From: Phoronis australis
Taxonomy: Eukaryota > Animalia > Phoronida
Assembly (NCBI GenBank): GCA_002633005.1
Contig: NMRA01000062.1
Coordinates: 354,111-418,110 of the forward strand
DNA length: 64,000 nucleotides
Reading direction: 5' to 3'
Position 1 is the first letter of the stretch, and every line of letters begins with the position of its first letter. Positions 1-14,700 of this stretch are shown here, one piece after another. A program made the translations under genes and the position numbers. Under the pieces are notes generated by a model, which saw only the letters and a program-made list of their open reading frames with translations, did no database searches and was not told the origin of the DNA.

Positions 1-370
1 GTTAACTTCTGAATGCCAATTTATGAACACTGTTAGTAGTAATTAGTAAAATGATTTTAACAACAGAATAGCAAAGCTTAGTATTAAATACAACACGCTA
101 GGGCACTTAAAAAATAGAAGCACACGGCAACAGGTTGTCTTTGAACACAATAAAACTTGTGAGCTTATGGGTGATCCAATGAAATTTCATTTATGTTCAG
201 CATATGTCCCGAGTAAAATACGCGCGTCACAATGAAATACCACTTGTTTTAAGTTACTGATCCACAGGCAACTTAAATGACCAGTATTTTACAGAGAGAG
301 CTACAGAGACTAACTAAACGGCAATGGAGAACACTGACACTTGAACAATAAACAAAATGGATACTACAAC

Positions 371-615
371 CAGGGCTTGGAATGACCACTGACAAAAAAG
401 AAGAAAATTTTCCAGGTGAGACATCGTTCCACAAACAAATAAGCTTGTGTGATAAATTTTTTTTGTGTTGTAAAATTTAACTGAAATAAATGTTTTGGTG
501 CATAAAGTTAAAATAATGACAAAGAGACAGAAAAAGAGCGAACTTGAAATCAAATAAAAAGAAATTGAAATAAAAAAAGAGAAAACTCTCTTAAAGCGGA
601 AAATTCCAAGCCCTG
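371..615. mobile_element. MITE with CAGGGCTTGGAAT terminal inverted repeats (short copy)
   Basis: CAGGGCTTGGAAT at 371 and ATTCCAAGCCCTG ending at 615; same termini as 16227-16745; flanks TACAAC/CATAAC may be a decayed 6-bp TSD. Confidence 0.75.
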
Positions 616-619
616 CATA

Positions 620-900
620 ACACTTACTTTGATTTATCAATCAACAAATCCGTTTATTTACAACAGTTGGGTCCTTGGCCACACATAACACGTAGTTACA
701 AAAGAGTGCTCAGCAACTCTTTCCTAAAGGGGGTGGTGTAACAAGCAATGATTTCAAAAGGTTAAAACAACTGAGCCTTGGATTCCGATGTTTTCATTAA
801 ATTTATCAATTTATACTTATTCGGTTCACGCCAACACCACTTACGGATAAATAATGCACTTTTCAGAGTACAGTATGTGATACAACAAAAATTAAATGAT
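620..900 (-). mobile_element. Possible 3' end of an old LINE
   Basis: Minus strand AATAAA followed by a degenerate (TTGA)n tail at ~659-630; no clear protein motif. Confidence 0.3.
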
Positions 901-1733
901 ATTCATCCTCAATTCGTGTCACACAAAACCATCAAACACACCACATATGATCTACTTCTGATCTACAACACACTAGTTACCATTTCATCCTGCGATGCAA
1001 GAAAATATACATCATGTAAAATAATACAACAATTTTTCTCAACAACTCGATAAATTAAATTTGACCACCTGTTCTCTCATACGTCGTTCGTCTCAAAGAA
1101 TGTACCATCCACGTTTTCACTAATTTTGTGACTGAGTTCATGTTTGCAATAATAAGTATTTTCTTATAATGAAGTTCAGGCTTATAACAGTAATCAAGAA
1201 TGTTTTTATTACATGAAACTGCAGCCTATCCGGGCAACTGTTATTAGCTATTTTCATTGGCTAAGAGCTGTTAGTGCCTAATGTAGCTACACCAGACAAC
1301 TACACTTAACAGTAACTGTACCGACTTCTAATAGCAGTCATGCAGTACCCTAATGAATCATTTCACAGTTCAAAGGTCACTCGCACAGTAGTCCCGCATA
1401 ATGAGCAGGCGTAGTGAACACAATCTCACTAATTACCTAGCATGTAAAAACCATTCAGTGCCGGTTTAATCATTCTGAGATCCCATTAAAGCCACATGCA
1501 GTGGCATCCTTGAAAACCGTTGTTTTGGAATAGATTCTGTTGTTTTGGTTGATCACAGTGAGTTAACATTCCTAATTAATGCAATATAACACCCTGGACT
1601 GAAAGCGGTTCACTGATTGGTTGAATAGCAAGATTCACAGCAGCTAACTGTTTTTATTCGAGTTTGAAGTCTTGGACTTCATGTGGCACTTTGTGAGCCT
1701 TGAAGACAGATAACATGGATAGTACATACTTAA

Positions 1734-3090
1734 GGTTATCTAGGACTTCAATAAACCACCTCAATTCCAAGTCAAATATCAAAAAACTATATATTTTCTG
1801 AAAGGAGAAAGATTGAGAATTCTAGAAATAATCTTCTCACTCCTGTGTCTTTATTACTGTCATGAAATCACGTCTTTAAGTTAAATTTTCATGTGCAAGA
1901 AAGGTACATTCATAGCAAAATAACCCTCCAGCCTAATTTACTTACTTCTTTAAATAAAACTTTACACCATGCTTCAAAAACGCTGTTAGGAATTTTTGAT
2001 TATTCACTAAGTTTGGGTTTTATGTCGACTTAACTCACAAAACACAAGGCATTTTTGTAACAGAACAGCAGTGATATAGTCCGGTTACCTATTGTCGTCA
2101 GGCTCCAAAGGTCGTCCGCCATCTTGTTTCGCGTGCAGCGCAACCACGCGGGACCTAGCGTTCCAATTTGGAGTGCTCGTGTGCACGTTAGGTACTAACT
2201 TATCGGAAGAGACACGTATCAAAGTAATGAGACAAAAATCGGTGAGTTTACCGATTGTTTTTTAAAACCACTTAAAAATCAGTAGATTTTACTAATACAC
2301 TTTTTTGTGCGTTTTCAGAAGATGTTTTCGAATTTAAATTTTCTTCCGACGGGACACAAAACATGATCCAGGGTTTGTTTATGCAATGTATCTGTTTGTC
2401 CCAGGCACTAGTAGGATCTAGAAGGCCAAAGGAAAAATCCGCAGACAAATGCGATACGCTGGGTTCTTAACATTTTTGCCTCACGTTCACCATTAAACTG
2501 CATTGAAATGTTGTCCAATTGGCTTTTATTGGAAACCACAGTGCAGAGCTCAACATCAAAGCTTCAAATCGAGTTTATGTCAATAAAAACAGGCTGTTGC
2601 AATTTTCATTACTTCGTTGGCCTTTTTCTGCATGTTTCTCAGTTTTTACAAAAGGGGGCAGCATATGACGAACTTAGGTGTCACAATAAAATGGCTGCCG
2701 AAGGCAGTGCACATTTGAAATAACTCGGCACAAATTAAAGAAAACTTCCGAATCGATGAATGCGGTATATCTGTGAGAGTTAAATCGAATCCTATTCAGA
2801 TCATAACTTTGAAGTGGAATAATTCGGTGAGTACAACAGCAAGTCGGTTTTATGCTTAGGCGGACGACCATTGGGTTCCCCAGTATATACCTTTCCTGCA
2901 CATAAAAATTTGACTTAAAAAAATGTGGTCACATGACAATAATAAAGACACAGTTAGTAAGAAACATATTTTTAAAATCCTCGATATTTCTCCTTTCAAA
3001 AAATATATACCATTAACAGTTAACAAAACATAGTTATTTTTTCAATATTTGACATAGAGTTGAGATCGCTTATTAAGATCCTAGATAACC
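1734..3090. mobile_element. Kolobok-like non-autonomous DNA transposon with long imperfect TIRs
   Basis: TTAA|GGTTATCTAGGA... left end and ...TCCTAGATAACC|TTAT right end; ~180 bp of imperfect inverted similarity (1734-1910 vs 2884-3090). TTAA target with GG..CC termini is the Kolobok pattern. Confidence 0.7.
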
Positions 3091-3300
3091 TTATTTAAGA
3101 AGAAGTCAGTGAGACCAAGACTGGCCAATTCAAATTCCCTGCACAAGTCATACTGTCTCGATCAACTCACTTCAAATGCGGAATACTTGCATGAGCAAAT
3201 ACTCGTGCAACCCTGCGTGGATAAATCCGCCTGCAATGGAGCAGTAACATGCAAGCCTTTTAATTTTCTTGAATTTATTCCGCAATTATCCTTTACAATG

Positions 3301-3606
3301 CAGTGTTCTCCCTAGACATATTCGGGCACGGTGCTGCACCATGCTAACATGTTTTGCACCATGCTTAGAAATCTCGAGAGCCATGTTTGAAAAAGCCAGA
3401 AAATCTTTGCAGCCAAATCATTGAAATTGTTTTCCTAAAAGGTAATTTTAATACTGATCAGTCAAAATGATAGCGACACACCCAGCAAGTGAAAATAACA
3501 CGTAACTAAAGTTGTTTTTGTGAATTAACGGGAAATGAAGATTACAAGGCGAGAACTTGAGACATAACTTCCACCTTGTTTGAATTTTTGTCCAGGGAGA
3601 ACCCTG
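3301..3606. mobile_element. MITE with CAGTGTTCTCCCTAG / CCAGGGAGAACCCTG TIRs
   Basis: 13 of 15 inverted terminal bases match; no clear TSD. Confidence 0.5.
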
Positions 3607-4039
3607 TGAAAACATTCTTAATAAGTCTTGTACTAAACCAAGTGAGGGTAATCACAAATCAGTAATTGATCAACTCAAAAATGAAATATCAGCCAGTTAT
3701 CCGTAGGAAGTCAAACGTTTCAGACCTTGAAGCCAAACAGGTGAGCCACGGAATCTGCTAGAGCAGAACACTAAGGGTTCACAAAGCTGGAGATAATTAC
3801 CATCATTTTAATGACTTGTTTTACAAACATTATTGCAGGTTGTAAAATTATGAACGGACGTTAATATATCCAGTGCTTAGACGCGTGCTCAATATGTCCT
3901 CACTCACCAGAGTTGAAGTGTATGATCAAAAACCACTGACTCTTCATAAATGTCCTCCTGAAATAGACACAACACAAGTGTGAATAACGCGCGTGTGAAC
4001 AACAGTGAATAATCCTCATCATTCCACACCTCATGATAA

Positions 4040-4127
4040 CCACACCCGAGTTGAGCACTAAATATACAAGTCACCTACTAAAACCACACCCGAGTTGAGC
4101 ACTAAATATACAAGTCACCTACTAAAA
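4040..4127. repeat. Perfect 44-bp tandem duplication
   Basis: CCACACCCGAGTTGAGCACTAAATATACAAGTCACCTACTAAAA at 4040 and 4084. Confidence 0.9.
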
Positions 4128-5725
4128 CTAAAACAATCACTCTCAGTAATGATGTAGCTAGAGGGAGTCTCATGTACACGTACTGCATTTGTTAAACTCA
4201 AACGAAAACAACATCAAATTTTAAGCTATCAAATGTTTGAAAATTAAAATATAACTGCTAGTATTTTCCAACACGTTCCTTAATTAGACGCTGAAAAACA
4301 CCTTCATATTAAACTCCAGCAAGCTTGGTTTCCGCATAAAAACATTTGATTGACTTTAAATAAATGCAAACAAGTTGCTCAGCATTAGGAACCATTGTAA
4401 ATCCAAAACTTAATAATTTGACATAGAAATAAATGCACAGGTCACGAGAAATTTATCTGTCTTAGAGGTTGACACAAAGAAACATGAGTTCCAATGAGAT
4501 TAAACTTGCCAATGAATTGAGTTGGTGTTTTTAAATCAGATGCTCAACATGAGTGTGGAAATGGAGAACACAAAAAATCTTTCAGACAACACTAAATTAA
4601 CTCAATATCCTAGAAAACATTCAAAATTAAAAACCACATCAAATCATACCATCACCGCAGATAAATTGTTTTTTTGCCCGGAATACGTGACTAGGCGACT
4701 CGAGAGACACTCAATTATTTCTGTCTAAACTGTGCCCGTTTCTATGGCAACAGAAACGCCAAACAAAAGCACTCGATTCACATGTAACACGGTGTCAGAC
4801 TTAACAGCAGTATGAGTTGCACAAAGGTATCACTATGTCAGAGCAGCGTAAGAGAATAACTGTGAATCCAGCAAAACAATAGAATTACGATTCACCATTG
4901 AGTTCTTAAGTGCACCACTGACTTCGAGATGTGGACAATTGCTTGAAAAGAACTTAATGAAGAGAGCAAGAATGATTTACATGAATCAGAAACAGTACAC
5001 TGCCAGTTGAAGCTTATAAATACATGCCACACACTGCTTCAATTTGTGTTAACTCGACAATCAATCACACAGGCATGTTCAATACCATGGAGACGACAGG
5101 GAAAATGAGTTATGATTGAACTAACTGACAAATAAACCATACCATCAAATATTACTTGAACGAATTTAATTGTAAATTATGCCAAGTGGGACTTTATATC
5201 AAATGACGCAGATAAAAATTTATACTTTTTGAAAAATTTAAGGAAATATCAGTGATCCTAGATTATGCATCCTGCGTAACGAATAAAAGCATATCAGTCC
5301 TGACTTATTTCATAACTTACGATGTTAAATATTGGCAATAACTAGCAAATTTCAGAAGAAAAGTTATTGAAAAATTTGATCTCTCCAGTTTCAAAGGCTT
5401 CAAGCATTTTTGCAAATTCTCACATCTCAAAACATTGAATTCTCACATCTCAAAAGATTGCTGACAGCTGTGGTTTAGAACATGACAAAAATATGATGAA
5501 GCAGCCAGTTGGCAATATTCATTTTTTAGCAAAATAAAGAAAAAGTAAAATTTCAATTGCGCCACACACTGCGCCTGAAATTGGTAAGATGATATAGAAT
5601 CATCCAATTTGCATTTCACGCAGTGCTACTCTCAACAATCCATTGTTTTCCTTCAAGTTCAGACTATGCAACATTAGATTTACATTCCAAGACAAAAGAT
5701 GGCGTCATGTCTGCTTACCTAATGA

Positions 5726-8700
5726 TTAGAGAGGGTCACTGATATGACCTACAGACACAGATGACTTATCGCTGGACACCAGTGACCAAAAGCCTTTGAA
5801 ACCATTAAAAGTTTTCAGTTACTACACTTAAAAATGTCATGCGGCCATTGGAAAACAGAAAGCAAAACAAACATCAAATAAGCGTTCAACTTCCTTCCAC
5901 ATTCACCAGCTTACAAACACGGCAAAAGCAACGGCAGGCCCACCACACTCCTCTTAGTTCACGCTAAATCCACCAGAGGGCATGCACAACATTTGCCAAA
6001 CAAAACATGGGCAATGCAATAACGCTGGTCAACACTGCTGCATGCGCCATGCACGTTACCTTGTCTGGCCGAGACTAGACAATGCAAGAGGTCAGACGAT
6101 AAACTACATTTCTACAGGAAACAATACACTGGGGGTGTATGTTACACAGTAGTGGCTAATTACATGGATATGATTACAGTAATTAACTACCTAATTATGA
6201 GGCAGCTGGTCTAGAAATTGTTAAAGTTGTGACGTACAAAAAAACACTCTATGGTGGAAACTGATTTTTAATATCAATTCAAAACAAGAAAAGCTCTGTT
6301 ACTTAAAAAAGTAAAATTTTCACCAATTTTGATTGGAGATCATATTCAAAGATTTCACCGTTAGCTTTAAGTAACAATGTTACTAAATATTCAATTTTCT
6401 AAATTATGTACCTTTACCTATCAGGAAACTATTTTCATTATCAATTGTCCAACTTTTAATTAACTATAAGGAAATGCGACTGTGGTCATTCAACTGCCAA
6501 CGATCCACCAGCCAGCCTCCGGAAATTTTCAAACTAATTGAGCAGATGAGAGCAGGTAGCGCAGTATTAGTTGAATGAACGTGCAAAAGTGACTCATTGT
6601 TAGTGTTACAACAATTCAACAACTTGTCGTCATCATCTGTCGTTAAAAAAATGTCAAATCCTTGGCCACACGCAAATCTTTGTCAAGAATTAATAAAAAA
6701 AATATTATTCAAAGTAAAATGAACAGGGCAAAGTCACCTTGGCCACACACAAACATTCGTTTGGCAGAGGAGGCCAGCACCATCTGTTGTTTGTTAGAGA
6801 AACAGAACCTTGATGTTTTGATCAGGTATCATTCTGGATCATAGCAAACAGCCTTGCCAGTACTGAGTGGCAACATCACTCGCCACCGGTTCAGAATTAA
6901 GCCTCGAAATGAAAAAGGTTCCCGATTACTCGGTTATGAAAACTCTTGGGATTGCCAGCACTACTCACATGTATGTTGTTGATCACAAGCCTCTCCAGTC
7001 TGGACAACGGCAGGTATCGCTCCACGTTGACACTACTGCAATTATGAACACATAGAGCCGACTCACTACTGATACATACGCCATGATGGATGAGTGCGCT
7101 AACTGTACACATTGGCCATTTTGAAAACAATAAGCACGGAGTGCCGCAGGTGCTGAATTAATTGAAAAACATTACAGTAAGTTGAAGCTTATAAATATCT
7201 TAAATTAATGTAGGACCTCAGAAAATGTTCAATTTTGTCCTACTTTGGAACGTCATATCTCAGATCGCAAATCGGATTCAAGTGAAACTTTCAGTTAGTG
7301 TTTCCAAAATTCTGTCAGGAACTGTTTTTTTGTTTAAAGTGTTCCACATTTGCATGACGGGCTACAAAAAATAGGATTTAAATGATTCAAGTTGCACAGA
7401 ATGAAAATGAAATGATAAATAAATTCAGAAAACAGCAAGAGTGCGATTGAGATTTTATCCAGAACATTTATATCATACAAATTTTGGTTGTGTTATGAAT
7501 CCTGTTAAGTTGCGTTGAGTTAGCATTATTTGCCTTACTGAGTTTTGACAGAACAAACTTTGCGTGATGGTTACAATTTGATTTATGAAGTTTTCAGTTA
7601 AAATGCAGTGTCATAAGTATCTTTAATGAACTTGTCAGACTCTGAGTCTTTTACCATCAAGCCTGTTTAAATTTGACGTTTTCACTCATATTGAGAAAGC
7701 TCTCAGGATGTTGCCACAAAGCCAAATAGGATCAGACACAATTGTTAATGTCGATTTAATTCTAAGAGAGTCATGTCACTTATAAAACCTACTTCATGTG
7801 TTCTAGACTAACAACACAGAGTAAAAAGACAGCAAAAAGTGGCTGCACAAAAGCTACACAGCTGATAATGTCTACACTTGCGTGAGAAATGAAAATCATC
7901 ATTTGTGTCTAACAAGGAAACTGAATCCCAAGACAATCTGAGATATTGATAATTAATGAATTGATACAGACAGACACACTCCTTTCAATAACATTTTTCT
8001 GATCACGTCACATTTTGAATCGTGTATCACAAAGACTCAGAAGCCACGTTTTTCAGTTGTTTACATTCTTACGATTTATTTCACCCACAATGCTGTGCAC
8101 ACGTATTCTGTCAAAATACTAAATTCAGACTAAGGCCATTTTTTACCCAGAACATAAACACAATCCCAGAGATTGAGAATAAATCACAAAATGGGTAGAC
8201 AGGCTCACCATATTTCTTTTTTGTGTGTGCTGACGGCAACATCGCTGGAAATGGTATGGTTACATGAATATACACAAGATGGCGTTATGAGTACTATCAT
8301 GATACAGTGAAGACTTACCAGATTTGTGACAAGTATCCTACCAATATGTCACCCCTCTCGTTGGCAAAGCAGCAACCCTTGACGGGCCCATCAAAGCACA
8401 TCTCTCGCACCAGTTGACCTGATCTGTCCCATATCTGAAGAAGAGACAGTCAACACACATTACACATCCGTAACCAGTACATGCAGCTAACATTCTGGGC
8501 TGTGCTACTCAAAACCAATAGAGGTAATAAAACAAGTATCTTCTCGGCCACGACCATATATCCTTTGTTCAGCTGTTATTTACATGGGCAAACTAGGACA
8601 GTTGTATGGTTAAAAGCAGGGTTCACAAAAAACTACTTTCACCGACCCTGCATGCCAATTTCAAAAGGCCTATTGTGTGCGAATGATGCTCGTGATTTAC

Positions 8701-11700
8701 AACCATCTGCAAAATGCTAAGTCACTATGCAGATTAGTAACCCTATCCAAGCCCAAAATGATTGTTATACCGTACAATAGACTAGCCGGTAACATCATCA
8801 AGTAGTACTGGACAAGCTTCTTAAGTAATGAAACAGTATAGCTTTCACTTACAAAATGCAACATGAAATGAGCAAGCTAAAAGACAGTTAATCATTAAGC
8901 ACTCCTAGAATGTTTACTTTTAGTCACAACAATGTGTCGTTCAATATGCCAAGACCTGGTTTAGTAATTATTGAACACCACTGCAGTGTCTCCCCGTGGT
9001 TTCAAACGAGAGTGGGGGGTGAATGGTCCGATGCCGCAAGGAAAAGTAAATGGGTGATCTCAGTGAACGAAGAGTTTTGCATCATTCTAATGTATTTTAA
9101 TCACCAATTAACGTTGCATTAGAAATCTGACACCGCAGAACGGGGCTTCAGACTACTTGTTAAAATTGAATTCTCTGGTTCAAGGTATGTAGTACACAAA
9201 ATGAAAAAAAATATTTTGAACTTGTTTAGACCTTCTTTTAAGCTAACACGTATCATTATGAAATGTGTGTTAATATCGTTTACTAAACATAAATCAGATG
9301 TATCGGCGCTAGCAGACGATGTATTCATCCATTCCAAGCAGATGATTACAGAGATAACTACACTGGTCAATGGCTATTGACTATTTTGTGCAATTGTTGT
9401 ATGACCTCTTTTGTAAATGTGAACACAATAAAACAAATTAAATTTACCACTTCTCCGGCCATTTCATTAGTCACTGGCGATTCGCCATTTTAGAAATCTA
9501 ATGCCAAGGTGTCTGGTCCCTGACTACATTCCATTGCTGTGCATTGTCGGACAACCAGGCAGTACCAAATGTTGGTCTCAAAGCAAATGTGAGGAAGGGG
9601 ATAAAATTATTATGTCTAACAATACTGTGATTTTTCTATAGCGGTGAAGTTTTCCCATCAGGATTTAAAAGAGTTGCAGTTAATTTGGGCAAGATTAAGA
9701 GTGGTGAGGTCAAAAAGGAGCATGGCGGGCCATTCAGATTTTTACACACAGGGGAAATGCTGTCAGAGATGAAACAAAATACAAATGAATAAATACGTTA
9801 ATTACAGAGGTTATAAATGGCACTTTTGTTCAGAATGCTGAACATCTGACGAAACAATTCAGGAAAGGGAAATGATCAACATTACCTTAATAGAAGAGTC
9901 TTCAGAAACTGTGAGAAATATTTGTAAGGTGGCGCTGCAGTCGATGCCAGTGATCTGGAGTTAAATGAGGAATGACATGACTGACTGTGTAACAGCATAA
10001 TTAGGTAGACTTGTAATTATATACACGATAGATAACTTTAATGGTAATTCTAACGAGTAGAGTAAACTATTCACATTTAGTAGAAGGCTAGTGTCCTCAT
10101 AAATTATATGAGCATGATTCTACAAACAAAGCAGCTTCAATTAGTCTGACACTTTTGTGGTATAATGAAATCACATTTAAGAACAAATCTCCAAAAACAA
10201 CTGCCAAGACTTCACACTCAAACTCAGTAACAATATTTCTCACTTTTGTTTTGGAACTGTCAGTGATAGACTCAAACACAGTTTGTAAGCAGACGAGTTT
10301 CACGATTGTTTATCTTATTCCTTCAAAATTTATCCTTTGACAATACTAGAGACGATATCAGTAAGACAGTGTTTTTTGCGCACAGATGGGAACAACAGAT
10401 GATCTGTAACAGCTAGACTAATTGACATTGGAAACATACGGGTCCATCATGCTGATCCTCCGACATGGGGATAGGGTAGAACCCCTCCAAATTGTCTCCC
10501 CCTGCAAAACTAGACTTCTGCTTTTCACTACTGGAGACCCAAAACATCTGCAGTTTACTGAAACAAACAAACAGTGAACACTACATTTAACGATCAGTGA
10601 ACAGTGGATCTGGTCAGTGAAAACTACATGTAGTAATCAATGAATAAGACTTAATCTTTGAATTATAATCCCTGTCAAATAAAGTTAACACAACTAAACT
10701 GCGACCAGAAAGTGATCTGGTTTCCGCACTTGAAAGTACATTCTCAAGGTTTTGAAAATAACCACTGAAGTAAAACACTACATGCAGGTAGGCACTTACC
10801 CCTGAAGGGGGTACTTGATCAAATTGAGAAAAGTAAGGGTTGTGTGCTTAATTGAATAGTGCGTGCCTCATCTTAACTTTTGAAAAGTAGGATGTGCACT
10901 TAAATACGTGATTATAAATGTTATCCTGAATAATTTCAGTACTACTGAAAAATTGAGAAAACACCCGTACTTCAAATTAATTGGATTGTTCCTTTGAACA
11001 AAATTTGCTGGTGATTATGAACATTAACTGGAGTTTGGTGTTCTTAGTTCAAAGGAGAAAGTGAAGTCAGATCAAAAATAGTCAACTTGCCAACGGTTGA
11101 GTTATAATAATGTTGCAATCTCGATAAATTTTATTTCAAACTTTTCTCCTTACCTTGCAGCACTGTAGGCCAGCGTAGCTCCCAGCATGCAGATATGAAT
11201 GGGGTGAGAGGTCAGGGTCACCTACAATAAAGGGATCACCATAGACGAGAGACACCATCAAATTCATTCACATGCAGGGGCTCTCCAACAGGTGGAGCTA
11301 ACTGCCAACTTCAATCTGCGATAATATTTTTCCTCACAGCAACAGAATGGGGTGGGTATCTCGCTTGGGCGGGTATCAATGGGTGGATACAGTCTCCGGT
11401 GGGTGGTGGTGTCAGTAGTAACTTTTGCGGGTGGGTTAACAAAAATTTAGCGACCAGGGGGAAGGTTATATCATTTGTTATATAGTCTCTGTACTCACAT
11501 TAACACAAACCCAGATCACTGCATATTTTATAAACGTGTCAGCACACCTATACCTAACAGTATTTATTTATAGTGACATGTCATATTGTTTCTCTTATTG
11601 CACCCAAAAAAAAGACAGACAGTGTCATCAAGATAACAATAACATAAACGAAGTTAAGTCTAAATGAGAGGAAAGATAATATTATTTGTTAAAAAGTTTT

Positions 11701-14700
11701 TCAATTTGTTTTTGAAAACATTTTGACACAGCAAAAAGAGCTAAGAAAAACAAACTGGTTCCTTTTTACCCAAAAACACTACTCAAGGAAATAAAACAGT
11801 TATATTCACCACAAAAAATTTTTCAAGAAACAAACTTTCAACTAAATTTCAACAGAACAGTTTTACACAAACAAATTTTGTCAAAGCAATACTTCTTCTG
11901 AAGACAAATACAGAGTAAACATTAAGTAATCAGTAATCGAATATCATTATTAATTATTATTAAGTAAAACACTAAAAGATCACCTTTTTCAGTTCTGTCA
12001 AAACGATTTCTGTGGCTATCTCTGGGTGAAGCGTTAGTCCCCATATCTTGAGCGTGTTGAGACTATCACAGGACAGTAGGCGGTCACAGTTGCCCAGACC
12101 CTCGTCCACACGGCCAATAGATGTGGAAGAGGTGAGATGTACGACATCAGCACCGTGGGCCTGTAGAGGGGCAGCCATGGTGCAGCGCCAGGAGTTGACC
12201 AGGACAATCTGAGGCAGTGAGGAACGAGTTAGGTATAGACTGTAGGGGATGTACAGGGACAGACATGGTGCACTGCCAGGAATTGACCAGGACAATCTAT
12301 GTCAGCCAGGAAGAAGTTATGTATACACTGAATAGGACCTAAAGTGGCAGACATGGTGCACTGTCAAGATTTGACCAGGACAACCGTGGCAGTCAGGAAC
12401 GAGTTATGTAGGGACAAAGATACTTCTCACAAAATGCAATTTAAAAAAATGAGTTTTTTAGATTGGTGCACACTCCTATTTTGGTTGAAATGATTTCTTT
12501 TTAGGCTGAAAACAAATCATCATTAATGGAAGAGCTCTCTTGATCATTTATCATTGCAATGATAAGGAATTAATGATAAACCATCATATCTAACATTAAT
12601 ATGAATTATATATCATACCATCCATACAAATTCACAGAAATGGTTCATATGAATCTGTATAAAAATAAATTAAATAAATCAAATAGATTCTGGAATGCCA
12701 TGCAGTTACCAATGGATAAGAATATAAAATAGCAAAACAAGTAAAAATAAAATGAGCGTCGGTACTGAAATATATGTACATTTTAGTACCGACGCTTGTC
12801 GTTTTATTTTTACTAGTTTTACTATTTTATAATATATATAAATTCTATGAGAAATTATGATCAACCTGTGTAAATCCGTTACCAGCTGCCACCACTGATG
12901 GCGGTCCATCCCTTTACTAACTGCCAAAAGTGACTGGGGTTTCACTCATAACTAACTGCCCCCAGTGAGGGTCCCGCACCTAACTAACTGACTCATTGGC
13001 AGCAGTCTCTCCACTGACATGGGTTGCCTTGGTTACCAATTGTCCCCCCAGTGGGGTCCTTCTGATCAGCCCCCAAGGACCATGTACTTTCCATCCATTG
13101 GCATCTGCCCCAGTGATGGGCCATTCCATTACCAATCCCCCAAGCGACGGGGATCCTTCTGTTGGCAAATGCCCCTGGTGACAGGACCCCTCCACTACTA
13201 ATTGCTCCCAGAGAGTCCCACCACCATAATCAACCAGGCCCCAGAGAATAGAGTAACGCATTTCAATTTACCTGTCCACTTTTCGTGCCGGCAAACACCA
13301 AGTTTTCACACTCCACACTCTCATCGCGACCCAGGGCTCGGTCCTTAAGCGAACAAGACAGACGAGTAAGTTTTTGCTCAATTATAAACAACGTAATCAT
13401 AAACCACTAAGGCTTGTATTCTATGATGGCTGTGATAAATGAGTGCATCAGTTACATGGAGCCAAGTGCCAGACCTCAAGTGTTTGCAAGCATACCAGTG
13501 AATTTGGAAACTGACGATTCCAAAAATTGAACTGCTCTGAAGTGGAAGTCATTGCCAAGTCGGGAATTCGTCCAATGGTTTATGAGGCAACATGCCAGGC
13601 ATAGTCAACTTTTCAGACTTGAGTTCATTTCCCTATTTTATCTGAGCCTGTTGTATAGAGAACTCGACCTAATTTCACAATGAAATCTAAACTTCTTGCT
13701 CAGAAATTGTAGTCTTGCAATCACTTAGTAATCTGAACCTGTTGCTCACAACTAGAGCTCATTTCACTATGTAATCTGAACCTATTGCTCAGAACTCAAG
13801 CTCATTTCACGATGTATCTGAACCTGTTGCTCACAATTAGGGCTCATTTCGCTTTAGTAACCTGAACCTTTTTCTCACAACTCAAACTTATTTCACTGTG
13901 TATTTTAACCTCTAGCTCATAACTTGAGCTCATTTCACTATTATTTAGTAATCTAAATCTGTTTCTCAGATCACAAGCTTATTTCATAATGTATTTGAAC
14001 CTGTTGCTCACAACTAGAGCTCATTTCACTTATATCTGAACCTGTTGCTCAGAATTCGAGCTTATTTCACCACTTACCCTCTTCAACAGCGCAAGGCACT
14101 TGATTTCCTCATCTCTACTAGGCACAACCAGGGTATGTAAGGCCACACACGGGTTGGTGGAACAGCCAAATACAACAACTGGAAATGGGGTGACATGCTG
14201 TTGTATTCACGGGTTGACAAAGGAAAGTGGAACAGTCAAATACAACAATAAGAAATAGAGCAACAAGATGTTTTATGTAACTATGTTTTATGTATCATTT
14301 AGTTTAAATTTGTTTTCACCTGAGACTGTTTAACATAAAAACGAGTATCATCAACTGAAAGATCGCATGCAATTAATTTCAACGTTTATCTCGGAAAGGA
14401 AGCTATGTTGAAAGAACATGATGCGGAATAAGTTTTGACTAATAAATTTTGACTAAACTGAATTGCGTTAAAATCGGTTTCACAAAATTCATACTGACAA
14501 CAAAACAGAAGAATTATTTACAAAGGAGCAGACTAACCAAGTATTAGAGTAGAGAGAGACTTACTGTCACCGCAGTTCATTAAAGCATACACTCTGTTGT
14601 CCTTGCGATCGTAAGTAATTTGTTGAAGTACCTGTGGTGAAAAACACGACATGGAGCTGATTACATAGACACGGAAACTAGACACAAAGGCTCAACATAG

